In this document: one piece after another, positions 1 to 7,945 of the stretch
How the letters are laid out: the number at the start of each line of letters is the position of its first letter
Position numbering within the stretch: the stretch's first letter is position 1
Virus record (IMG/VR): IMGVR_UViG_3300020045_011125
Span: 1 to 27,707 of that record
Direction: 5' to 3' (one strand)
Source of the DNA: a virus
Lineage: Duplodnaviria; Caudoviricetes
Length of the DNA: 27,707 nt
Translations under genes and position numbers: made by a program
The notes under the pieces: model-generated
Databases searched by the model: none
Told to the model about the DNA's origin: nothing
What the model saw: only the letters and a program-made list of their open reading frames with translations

Positions 1-1842
1 AAGGAATATTACACAGGTCAGCAGAACGATTTTTCTACTTCAAAAACAGAACCTTTTTTTCAATATAATTCTATATCAAATATGGTAGGACAAAACGTAT
101 CTACCATAACCCCTTCAATAGTATTTAAGAATCCAAGATTATATGTAACAGCGAATAAAAAGCCTTATCAAACGAAAGACGGTAAAATATTTGACACTGT
201 AGCAGCTTCTAAGGCGTTTGAGATACTGATGAATTATTATTATAAAGAACTTCGTCTTAAGAGACAGACAAGGAAATGTGTTGTAGATGCTCAAATAGAT
301 ACGTGGGGTGTTATGAGACTTGGATATATGGCTAACATAGAAAAAATAAACGATGGTGAAGAGTTAGAAGTAAATGAAATAATAACCGGTGATTCTATTT
401 ACGCTTACAGGCTATCTCCTAGTTGTTTTAGAGTAGACAGCAAAGCAAAAGATCATCAATTAGAAGATGCAGAATGGGTTGCTTTTAAATGGGTTTACAG
501 TTTAAGGGATATACAAAGAAATCCAAGATTTAAAAATAAGCAGAATTTAAAGACTAATTATCATTATCAAGTAGATTATGGGGTACAGAATAAATTAATG
601 AACGCAATGGACGTTATTGGAACTGATAGTAAAAATGATTATGAAGGCGTAGAAGGTTGGGAAGTATGGAATAAAAAAGAGAAAAAGATATATGATATAT
701 GCCTAGATCATGACAAGATATTGTCTGAGAGAAATTATCCAAATTGGGGAATAGATTCTTTTCCTGTAGAGATTTTATATTTCAACGAGAACCCGGACGA
801 ATTGTTCCCCATATCTGACATTTCAAACTATATAGACGAACAGGACGATTTAAATTTGCTACAGACAATGTATTTGGAAAGTATAAAAAAGATGTCCTCT
901 CAAAAATTCCAGATGCCATCTGGATTTTTAGCTGCAGAAGAGTTATGGAAATTAGAACGTGGTCCCTCTGGAACAATAATACAAACTCAAGGGCAAGGAG
1001 AAATAACACCTATAGCCCATCAGCAGCAATTACAAGATATTCTTATGGCTATAAGATTAATGAGAAATAATATAAAAGAGCATGCAGGCGTTGCAGCCTT
1101 TGAAAGAGGTACGGCAGAAAAATTAGATACTGCTACAGAGGCAGGCCTTATTTCACAGGGAGTAAGCATAGCAAGGGAAGACAGAAGGGACATTGTAGAA
1201 GATTTTACTGTCAGAATAATATCAAAACTTGCAAAGATATTGCAATCAACTTTGTCAGAAAAAACAATTAGATTAAAAGATGATGAATTTAAGGAGTTAA
1301 GCAAGAATGGATATGACAAGATAGATAAAATAATTGGAGCCGATGGACCGTCTTTAATACCGTGGTTGACGTTATCAAGTGAAGATATAGAAGGCGATTA
1401 CGAATTTAATATGGAAGTCGGCAGCATGATGCCGATAAATAAAGAGACGAGGAAAAAAGATATTAATGAAGTTATTAAAATTCTTACGCCTTTTATAAAC
1501 ATTTTTAATGGACAAGAATTAGCTAAGAGGTTATTTGAAGCCTACGAGATAAGAGATTACGAAAAAATATTCAAACTTATTCAACAGATACAACAAGAGA
1601 CACTGCAAAGGCAGCAGATGGATGTACAAATGGAATTAGCAAAGGAGATGCCTAAGAAACAACTTGACGTACAGAAGGCAAGGGAAAAGAATCAGACTAA
1701 CGTCATTATAAACAGAGAAAAAAATGTTATGGCTGAAAGAGAAGGAAAGAGGAGCTTTATGCAGGATATGTTGAAAAATATTTTTTCGAGTAAAAAAAAT
1801 AAAAATTCTAAAACAGATAAAAAAAGTGAAAAGAAGGAATAA
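1..1842 (+). CDS. Portal protein (P22-like), 5'-truncated by window edge
   Basis: Frame is open from base 1 (KEYYTGQQ...) into ORF 82..1842; about 600 aa; TATEA motif, C-terminal Gln-rich coiled coil; lies upstream of scaffold and capsid. Confidence 0.88.
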   Translation, partial: KEYYTGQQNDFSTSKTEPFFQYNSISNMVGQNVSTITPSIVFKNPRLYVTANKKPYQTKDGKIFDTVAASKAFEILMNYYYKELRLKRQTRKCVVDAQIDTWGVMRLGYMANIEKINDGEELEVNEIITGDSIYAYRLSPSCFRVDSKAKDHQLEDAEWVAFKWVYSLRDIQRNPRFKNKQNLKTNYHYQVDYGVQNKLMNAMDVIGTDSKNDYEGVEGWEVWNKKEKKIYDICLDHDKILSERNYPNWGIDSFPVEILYFNENPDELFPISDISNYIDEQDDLNLLQTMYLESIKKMSSQKFQMPSGFLAAEELWKLERGPSGTIIQTQGQGEITPIAHQQQLQDILMAIRLMRNNIKEHAGVAAFERGTAEKLDTATEAGLISQGVSIAREDRRDIVEDFTVRIISKLAKILQSTLSEKTIRLKDDEFKELSKNGYDKIDKIIGADGPSLIPWLTLSSEDIEGDYEFNMEVGSMMPINKETRKKDINEVIKILTPFINIFNGQELAKRLFEAYEIRDYEKIFKLIQQIQQETLQRQQMDVQMELAKEMPKKQLDVQKAREKNQTNVIINREKNVMAEREGKRSFMQDMLKNIFSSKKNKNSKTDKKSEKKE

Positions 1843-1848
1843 ATAAAA

Positions 1849-2103
1849 ATGCCTATTTATAATTACTATTGTCCAGAATGTAAAAAAGAATGGGAAGCCT
1901 TTCATACTGTTAATGAAAGACATAATGAGAAATGTTGTAATAAGAATCCAGATATAATAATAACAAGTTTCTCAAAGAATCAAGTTCAATGTTGCGATTA
2001 TTACGATCATGGGCTTGGAGAACGTGTAACAAGTCCAGGACATAGGAAAAGGTTAATGAAAGAAAGAGGGTTGGTTGAAGTAGGAACGCAGAAATTATTT
2101 TAA
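1849..2103 (+). CDS. FmdB-family zinc-ribbon protein
   Basis: MPIYNYYCPEC..E N-terminus; C-terminal 'GLGERVTSPGHRKRLMKERGLVEVG' is typical of post-portal small proteins. Confidence 0.8.
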   Translation: MPIYNYYCPECKKEWEAFHTVNERHNEKCCNKNPDIIITSFSKNQVQCCDYYDHGLGERVTSPGHRKRLMKERGLVEVGTQKLF

Positions 2104-2112
2104 AATATTTTC

Positions 2113-2140
2113 TTGACAAATAAAATAAATTATATACTAT
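2113..2140 (+). promoter_or_regulatory. Sigma70-type promoter
   Basis: Perfect TTGACA (2113-2118), 16-bp AT-rich spacer, TACTAT (2135-2140), in an intergenic gap. Confidence 0.65.
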
Positions 2141-2162
2141 TGTAATTGAAAGGGTAATTTTT

Positions 2163-2291
2163 TTGAAAGATTTTATAGATTATATTAAAACTTTATTGGA
2201 TAAAAAGTTCTATGGGGAGGTGGTAATAAAAATAGAGCACGGAACGATTGTTTTGATAAAGAAGGTTACGGAAAATATAAAAATAAAATAA
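2163..2291 (+). CDS. Small DUF2292/YezD-like protein (42 aa), absent from ORF track
   Basis: TTG start after GAAAGGGT; MKDFIDYIKTLLDKKFYGEVVIKIEHGTIVLIKKVTENIKIK matches the helix + 'FYG.V.I...G.I..I...E.IK' pattern. Confidence 0.72.
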   Translation: MKDFIDYIKTLLDKKFYGEVVIKIEHGTIVLIKKVTENIKIK

Positions 2292-2321
2292 AGTAGTTTA
2301 AAAACAGTATCAATACACTTG

Positions 2322-2367
2322 GGCTGTAATGACTTAGGAAACTAAGTTGTTACAGCCTTTTTTTTTT
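2322..2367 (+). terminator. Intrinsic terminator
   Basis: 16-bp stem GGCTGTAATGACTTAG / CTAAGTTGTTACAGCC (two G-U pairs), GAAA tetraloop, 10 T. Confidence 0.85.
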
Positions 2368-2428
2368 GCCCAATTTTGTTGTTTTTAAATCACAAAGGGA
2401 AAAACCCAAAAAAGGAGATAAATAAAAA

Positions 2429-3145
2429 ATGGAAAATGAGACAGTAACTCCAGAAGTAACATCCACAGAAAGTATTGATGCGCCTACTGAACCTGTTACA
2501 CCTGAACCTGTTACACCTGTAGAAACGGTTGATTATCAAAAATCTTTTAATGAATTAAAAGAAGAGCATGAAGGATTGAAGAGTAAATTCACTAATTATG
2601 GCGGTGTAGATGGATTGTTAAAGACTGCTGAATATTTAACACAGAATGAAAGATTTCAAAAGTTTTTAAAAGAAGAACAGACAAGAAACTTGACTGGTTC
2701 CAATGAAGAAACGATAGACCCTGAACAACAGGCGGGCATAGAAATGGCAAGGAAGATAGCAAGAGAAGAGGCAATGAAAGAAGTAAAACCTCTTTTAGAA
2801 AAAGCACAAAAAGAACATATAAACAATGTTTTTAAAGAAATGGATTCAGATCCTATATATGGGGATATGTGGAAAAATTATAAGAAAGAAATAGCAGAAT
2901 TTTCAAAAATGTTGCCAATGGAAAAGCAAAATTCCCCAACAGTAAAAGATTTAAAAATTTTATTTCTTGCTGCTATAGAAAGTAGGGGAGACACAGAGAA
3001 GATAATGGCTAAAATATACGAAAATAAATTGAATAAAGCAAAAGCTAATTCAATAAGTAAAACAGGGGACAGCATAGATAAATCTGCAAAGAGACAATTT
3101 AGCAGTATAAAAGAATCTTATTTACATGCTGTGGGTGAAAATTAA
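2429..3145 (+). CDS. Capsid scaffolding protein
   Basis: Acidic Pro/Thr-rich N-terminus, helical charged body, AAGGAG RBS, directly upstream of the capsid gene. Confidence 0.75.
   Translation: MENETVTPEVTSTESIDAPTEPVTPEPVTPVETVDYQKSFNELKEEHEGLKSKFTNYGGVDGLLKTAEYLTQNERFQKFLKEEQTRNLTGSNEETIDPEQQAGIEMARKIAREEAMKEVKPLLEKAQKEHINNVFKEMDSDPIYGDMWKNYKKEIAEFSKMLPMEKQNSPTVKDLKILFLAAIESRGDTEKIMAKIYENKLNKAKANSISKTGDSIDKSAKRQFSSIKESYLHAVGEN
2487..2519 (+). repeat. 15-bp tandem repeat (EPVTP x2)
   Basis: CTGAACCTGTTACAC twice plus a partial copy. Confidence 0.85.
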
Positions 3146-3166
3146 TTTTTAAAAGGAGATAAAAAT

Positions 3167-4153
3167 ATGCCGGGAGTAACAGAATCACGAACATTTGACA
3201 GTGTTTTAACAACTACTCTTGCAAACTATAGAGAGAAGTTGGTAGATAATATTTTTGACGAATATGCTTTTCTTTCCTATTTAAATGGAAAATTAGGGAA
3301 AGCGATAAGAAATGGCGGAAGTATAAAAAGGCTACTTGATGGAGGAGATTCCATAGTAGAACATCTTTTATATGAGACAAATTCTACTATTTCTTCTTAT
3401 TCAGGTTCTGAAACTATTGATACTACTATACAAGACGGTATGACAATAGCAAGATACAATTGGAAGCAGTATGGAGGTTCTATAGGTTTTACAGGCCTCG
3501 AGAAAGCACAGAATTCTGGACAGGCAGCTATGATTGACTTAATAGAGGCCAGGACCAAACAGGCTATTATGACGTTAAGGAAAAATCTTAACCAGGATGC
3601 TTTTGGAGATGGTACAGGTAACAGTAATAAAACCTTAACAGGTCTTCAGGCTTTAGTGTCTACTACAGCAACAGTTGGGGGATTGAATCCTACAACCTTT
3701 GCATGGTGGGTAGCACAGTCAACAACTTCAGGAGTGTTTTCAACACAGGGTTTGGCTGACATGACAACTACTTTTTACAATTGTGCACAAGGCAGCTCTG
3801 ATACCCCTGATGCAATATTTACAACTCAGACAATTCTTGAAGCATTTGAAAATACACTTGTTCCACAACAGAGATATGGTAATGAAGACGAACTTGCAAA
3901 AGTAGGATGGAGACATCTTACGTTTAAATCAGTACCAGTGTTTTATGATTTAGACTGCCCTTCTGGGAATATGTATTTTTTGAACAGCAAGTATTTAAAT
4001 TTCTGTGTTCACAAGAACCATGACTTTGTAATAACACCTGCTGTAACAAGGGAAGATAAAGACACTACATCTTCAAAAATACTTTTTTACGGAAACATGA
4101 CAACTAACAACAGAAGGAAGTTAGGAGTTATGACTTCCATAACTGCTTCTTAA
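3167..4153 (+). CDS. Major capsid protein (HK97 fold)
   Basis: 328 aa; 'TTTLANY...LVDNIF', 'GG.SI', 'YSG.ET', 'WKQ', 'GLE..QNSG..AMIDL', 'GDGTG...K.LTGL', 'MYFLNSKYL' motifs of a widespread podoviral capsid family. Confidence 0.92.
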   Translation: MPGVTESRTFDSVLTTTLANYREKLVDNIFDEYAFLSYLNGKLGKAIRNGGSIKRLLDGGDSIVEHLLYETNSTISSYSGSETIDTTIQDGMTIARYNWKQYGGSIGFTGLEKAQNSGQAAMIDLIEARTKQAIMTLRKNLNQDAFGDGTGNSNKTLTGLQALVSTTATVGGLNPTTFAWWVAQSTTSGVFSTQGLADMTTTFYNCAQGSSDTPDAIFTTQTILEAFENTLVPQQRYGNEDELAKVGWRHLTFKSVPVFYDLDCPSGNMYFLNSKYLNFCVHKNHDFVITPAVTREDKDTTSSKILFYGNMTTNNRRKLGVMTSITAS

Positions 4154-4174
4154 TTGTCAGGAGGATAATGATTA

Positions 4175-4552
4175 ATGAGAAAAATTTTTAAAAAAGTAAA
4201 AATATCAATAACCATTGGATTGATAGCGATATGTTTTTTAATTTATCCAATGGTTTGGGAATCTATAGCGCATAATTTGTTGACACAAAATGTAAAAACT
4301 CAGTCTATGGGTAACATGAAGACAGTAATAGCAGACTTGGAATTAAACCCAACAGCTCATGTTTATCATACAGGACTACAGTATGTTTTTTATTTTGGGA
4401 TAACACCAAGAGGCACAGCAGCTGCTACTACAAACGTGGTTACAGTGCTAAATTCCAATGATGGAACTTTTAATTCAAGTCCGGGTGATATTTATATAAC
4501 TTATGAAAGTACATCTTGGGCTACAGGTTCAACGTTAACAATTGGAAAGTAA
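4175..4552 (+). CDS. Putative decoration-like protein with N-terminal signal/TM segment
   Basis: GGAGG RBS; basic then hydrophobic N-terminus followed by a Thr-rich beta domain; directly after the capsid gene. Confidence 0.5.
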   Translation: MRKIFKKVKISITIGLIAICFLIYPMVWESIAHNLLTQNVKTQSMGNMKTVIADLELNPTAHVYHTGLQYVFYFGITPRGTAAATTNVVTVLNSNDGTFNSSPGDIYITYESTSWATGSTLTIGK

Positions 4553-4587
4553 ATTTCAAACAAAAAAAATAGGAGGATATAAAAAAA

Positions 4588-5067
4588 ATGATAATTCAGG
4601 GAACAAATAGGACAAGTGCTGCTAAGATCTTTCAGCAGGTTCACAATGTATCAGGAACAACTGCTACTACAGGTTTGGGTATGAAATTTGTAGGCGGAAC
4701 TCCTGCACAGATAGCTTCAACAGATGGTATACAGGCTGTTCCTATAGCAGCTTCAAATACTGCTGATTTAGCTTGGTTTGCAGGGATAGCAACGCAGGAT
4801 ATACCTAATGATAGTTATGGTTTGGTTCAGTGTTGGGGTATAAATACAAGCACACAGTTATCAGCAGAGGCAAATAAAACAGTAGCACCCGGAGCAACTA
4901 ATGATATGTGTTTGTTAAGACCCGGAGCAGTAGCAGGCACGTTTACAAGTGCTTTAGCAAATGCGGCAGCTATAGTATCTGTTATGGGCAAATATATACA
5001 GATACTTAACACTGTAAATATTTCAGGAGGAACTCCTTACGGGACTACGTTTATAAGAGCTATATAA
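4588..5067 (+). CDS. Putative capsid cement/decoration protein
   Basis: Ala/Gly/Thr-rich; 'FAGIA..DI....YGLVQ.WG' cement-like motif; followed by terminator. Confidence 0.65.
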   Translation: MIIQGTNRTSAAKIFQQVHNVSGTTATTGLGMKFVGGTPAQIASTDGIQAVPIAASNTADLAWFAGIATQDIPNDSYGLVQCWGINTSTQLSAEANKTVAPGATNDMCLLRPGAVAGTFTSALANAAAIVSVMGKYIQILNTVNISGGTPYGTTFIRAI

Positions 5068-5094
5068 AAAAAATAAAAAAGAAATAAAAAATTA

Positions 5095-5135
5095 GGCTGT
5101 AGGGACAGAAATGTCCTTGACAGCCTTTTTTTTTT
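5095..5135 (+). terminator. Intrinsic terminator
   Basis: GGCTGT-AGGGACA / GAAA / TGTCCTT-(G)-ACAGCC then 10 T. Confidence 0.85.
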
Positions 5136-5152
5136 GTGTTAGAAAATATGGT

Positions 5153-5320
5153 ATGAAAAATAATACTATCTACTACCGTTGTAAAGACTGCGGAAGAATA
5201 CTTAATCAGAAAAGAATAAGAAAAGGTGAATGTATGGGTCATTACATTATAGAATTATCAAGGGGTACATTTTGGGAATGGGTCATGGTTACTTGGTGGA
5301 GAATTAAGGGGGAGAGATGA
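5153..5320 (+). CDS. Small Zn-ribbon-like protein (55 aa)
   Basis: YYRCKDCGR...C.GH; start moved to Met15 because ATG 5111 lies inside the terminator hairpin. Confidence 0.6.
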   Translation: MKNNTIYYRCKDCGRILNQKRIRKGECMGHYIIELSRGTFWEWVMVTWWRIKGER

Positions 5321-5568
5321 TAGAAATAAAAGGTGGAAGAATTGAAACACAAGGAATAAATGATATGGATGAACTATATTATGAAATAACACCTTTATAT
5401 ATTAAAACAACTTTTAATTCTCGTAAAAAAATATTATGTTGTCTTGATAAAGAATATAAATATTATAAAGATATGCCAATAATTACAAGTCAAGAAGTTC
5501 CTGAAGGCGAGATATGGTTTGTTAATTCTAAAGATGAAATAATGGGTAAAATAACAGGGGTAAGTTAA
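5317..5568 (+). CDS. Hypothetical protein
   Basis: ATGA overlap with the upstream gene, GGGGAG RBS, TAATG coupling to the next gene. Confidence 0.6.
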   Translation: MIEIKGGRIETQGINDMDELYYEITPLYIKTTFNSRKKILCCLDKEYKYYKDMPIITSQEVPEGEIWFVNSKDEIMGKITGVS

Positions 5569-6299
5569 TGATTAAAAAAATACTATTCGGACTCCTTAAC
5601 AATGCCCATACCGAGCCAGAGGCATATGATAATCGTATGCAAATGATGTTACGTTTGGGAATGTTAGACACTGCTTCTAAAAATAAAATTAAAGTAGAAA
5701 ATATAGAATATCCTGAAGATATAGAATACGATTTTTCAATAGCAACCATAGGAGATACCTTTCCGGCCCTTGCAAGAGAGAGAATGGCAGAAGTAGCTGT
5801 AGATGATGGTTTTGACTATTTATTCATGGTAGACGATGATATGTTGTGTATGCCTAATCTTTTTGAAAGATTAGTAAGGCATAACGTAGACATTGTGGCA
5901 CCACTTGCCTTTACAAGACGGCACCCAATTTCACCGGTAGTTTATGCTTTAAATAAGGGATACGATCCTTTAACAAGGCAAAAATATTTTATCAATAACA
6001 TAGTTCACAATTATCCAAAAGATACATTGTTTGAATGTGACGCTGTTGGATTTGGTGCCGTTCTTATTAAAACTTCTGTATTTAAAGGAATGAAAAAGAA
6101 TTGGTTTATGTCGACCTCTCCGGCTGGCGAAGATATACAATTTTGTCATCTTGCAGGAGAACAAGGCTTTAAGATATTTTGCGATAGTTCGACTAAGATA
6201 ATACATCTTGGGGCCAGAGAACAGATAGATGAAGTGGTATATGAAAAAGAACAGAAGAATAAGGAGTATAGGGAAGTGATGGGTGAATTTAAGAAATAG
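5568..6299 (+). CDS. Glycosyltransferase family 2 (GT-A)
   Basis: 'ALARE.MA', 'YLFMVDDDM' DxD, 'AVGFGAVLIK..VF', 'GEDIQFC', 'IIH' motifs. Confidence 0.88.
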   Translation: MIKKILFGLLNNAHTEPEAYDNRMQMMLRLGMLDTASKNKIKVENIEYPEDIEYDFSIATIGDTFPALARERMAEVAVDDGFDYLFMVDDDMLCMPNLFERLVRHNVDIVAPLAFTRRHPISPVVYALNKGYDPLTRQKYFINNIVHNYPKDTLFECDAVGFGAVLIKTSVFKGMKKNWFMSTSPAGEDIQFCHLAGEQGFKIFCDSSTKIIHLGAREQIDEVVYEKEQKNKEYREVMGEFKK

Positions 6300-6331
6300 A
6301 TAAATTAAGAAATAGATAAATTAAGAAATAG
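6289..6331 (+). repeat. 16-bp tandem repeat (about 2.7 copies) spanning stop codon and next RBS
   Basis: TTAAGAAATAGATAAA at 6289 and 6305, partial at 6321. Confidence 0.9.
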
Positions 6332-6341
6332 GAGGATTAAT

Positions 6342-7262
6342 ATGTACGGAATATGCCGAGTAGATGGAAAGAGTGGGCATTATTGGTGGGTTCGTTTGAA
6401 TTATGTTGGTAGTAAGCCTACTATTCAAAAATGTTTCAGAGGAGATAAAGAACAAGCATTAAAAGAAGCAATCGCTTTTAGAGATTTTCACGCTATCAAG
6501 CCTCCAAGAGAAAAATATATAGAAAATTCAAAATATGAACAATGGCATACACCTAAAGAGCTTAAAGACAAATGGAAGGAAGAACGGTTGGAGAAAAGGT
6601 TGAATTTTTATAAACAAACAGGACAAAAAGTTGTGCATGTTGGTACAGGGATCGAAGCTGCAAAAAAAGCAAGGGCAATGGGGGCAAGTAAGGTTACTTG
6701 TTGGAAAATCAAGACAGGTAAAAGTGATTCATATCAAATTTATAACCAACTAAAAGGAGAAAACATAGAATGGAAAGACAGGCCTACAGGCAAAAAAAGG
6801 GATATAGAAATACAAAAACAGATAGGTAAAAAAAGAATTGTTTTAGGTACAGGAATAGAAGCGGCTCTTGAAGCAAAAAAGTTGGGAGCTTCTCAAGGTA
6901 AATGTTTAAATATACTAAACAAAAAGCAGTCCTTTTTTAATTCTTGCTGGACATTGCCCCATTATGAAGTAAATGGATTTCAGCAGGAATTGACGGAAGA
7001 TATTATTGAAAAAATAAATAATACTGTTTCAAGATATGTAAAAGAAGATTTTCAGATGGATGTTACTACAGAGGTTATGTTGAATTTTGCATCCAGGACA
7101 GAGATAGACAACATAGATGATTTCATAAGAGCATTAGTTTTTAAATATAATCAGATAATCAGATTAGAAAACAATGGAAGGTATATGGCAAATAAAAAAT
7201 GGGATACTTATGATTTTGAAAGAGCAAGATATGATGAAATGACAGAGAGAATTGAGTTTTAA
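6342..7262 (+). CDS. Putative DNA-binding protein: N-terminal AP2-like domain plus duplicated helical module
   Basis: 'YGICRVD...WWVRL...K.F...K.QAL.EAIAFRD' AP2-like pattern; repeat 'GTGIEAA..A...GAS...C..I' at 68-aa spacing. Confidence 0.6.
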   Translation: MYGICRVDGKSGHYWWVRLNYVGSKPTIQKCFRGDKEQALKEAIAFRDFHAIKPPREKYIENSKYEQWHTPKELKDKWKEERLEKRLNFYKQTGQKVVHVGTGIEAAKKARAMGASKVTCWKIKTGKSDSYQIYNQLKGENIEWKDRPTGKKRDIEIQKQIGKKRIVLGTGIEAALEAKKLGASQGKCLNILNKKQSFFNSCWTLPHYEVNGFQQELTEDIIEKINNTVSRYVKEDFQMDVTTEVMLNFASRTEIDNIDDFIRALVFKYNQIIRLENNGRYMANKKWDTYDFERARYDEMTERIEF

Positions 7263-7344
7263 ATAGGGAGTAAAACAGTTCCATGCAAAAGATTAATGTT
7301 CGCTCAAGCCGCTTACTTTACTTTTGCATGGTTTCCCCTTATTT
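7261..7344. other. Long intergenic hairpin
   Basis: CCATGCAAAAG (7281-7291) / CTTTTGCATGG (7321-7331) perfect 11 bp; outer AAATAGGGAG / CCCCTTATTT. Confidence 0.7.
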
Positions 7345-7346
7345 TT

Positions 7347-7403
7347 TCTAACGTAGCTCAGTTGGTAGAGCCTTGGTGCGCGGGTTCGAGTCCCGTAGGT
7401 AGC
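7347..7403 (+). pseudogene. tRNA-like element lacking anticodon arm
   Basis: Canonical TA-GCTC-AGTTGGTA-GAGC D-arm and GCGGG-TTCGAGT-CCCGT T-arm joined by only 8 nt; acceptor stem degenerate; no CCA. Confidence 0.75.
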
Positions 7404-7412
7404 TACTTTAAT

Positions 7413-7619
7413 ATGAAAGACAACTTAATAAATACAATATTTTTAATATATATAGGCTGGACTTTATCGGTTTTGATAAATCTATTCATATTTGATGGAT
7501 TTTGGATGAATCCTAACGGATATAGAAGATATCTGTATTATTTATTAATTGAAGCAGACAAAACAAAACACCATGACTTTGTTAGACATTTGTATGAAGA
7601 TGGGGTGATTAAAAAATGA
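7413..7619 (+). CDS. Small membrane protein
   Basis: One hydrophobic segment; start moved to Met40 since the longer ORF reads through the tRNA-like element. Confidence 0.55.
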   Translation: MKDNLINTIFLIYIGWTLSVLINLFIFDGFWMNPNGYRRYLYYLLIEADKTKHHDFVRHLYEDGVIKK

Positions 7620-7945
7620 AAACAGAAAAAACTTACGAACAATTTGTTAATAATTTTAAAGCTAAAATGAGTATTTTTTTACATGAAAATAAATATTTTA
7701 ATGAAAATAAAATAGATTATTCAGCAAAAGAGCCTTATATGGGATTTACTGATTATCCTTTGCCTAATATGGTAAATTTATCAGAACAAGAAAAAGAAAT
7801 TTGTTTTAAATATTATAATTTGCCTCATGAAGATTGTTTGAAAAATAATATATTTTATGAATTGACTAAATGTTATTTTAAAAAAACTATTTTGTCAAAA
7901 TATAAACATTTTTTAGATAGGTACATACAGGAAAATGAAAAATGA
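7616..7945 (+). CDS. Hypothetical protein (very AT-rich)
   Basis: ATGA overlaps at both ends. Confidence 0.6.
   Translation: MKTEKTYEQFVNNFKAKMSIFLHENKYFNENKIDYSAKEPYMGFTDYPLPNMVNLSEQEKEICFKYYNLPHEDCLKNNIFYELTKCYFKKTILSKYKHFLDRYIQENEK

Noticed and set aside
82-84. ATG 82 as portal start
   Set aside because: Frame is open to base 1 with portal-like YYTGQQ and no RBS; the gene starts upstream of the window
7347-7403. Functional tRNA, attP site or Y-RNA (YrlA)
   Set aside because: No anticodon arm or CCA; no integrase in the window; arm order is D then T, not the permuted arrangement expected of YrlA
7296-7412. N-terminal 39 aa of ORF 7296..7619
   Set aside because: It is a translation of the hairpin and tRNA-like sequence (VAQLVE, AGSSP are typical tRNA read-outs)
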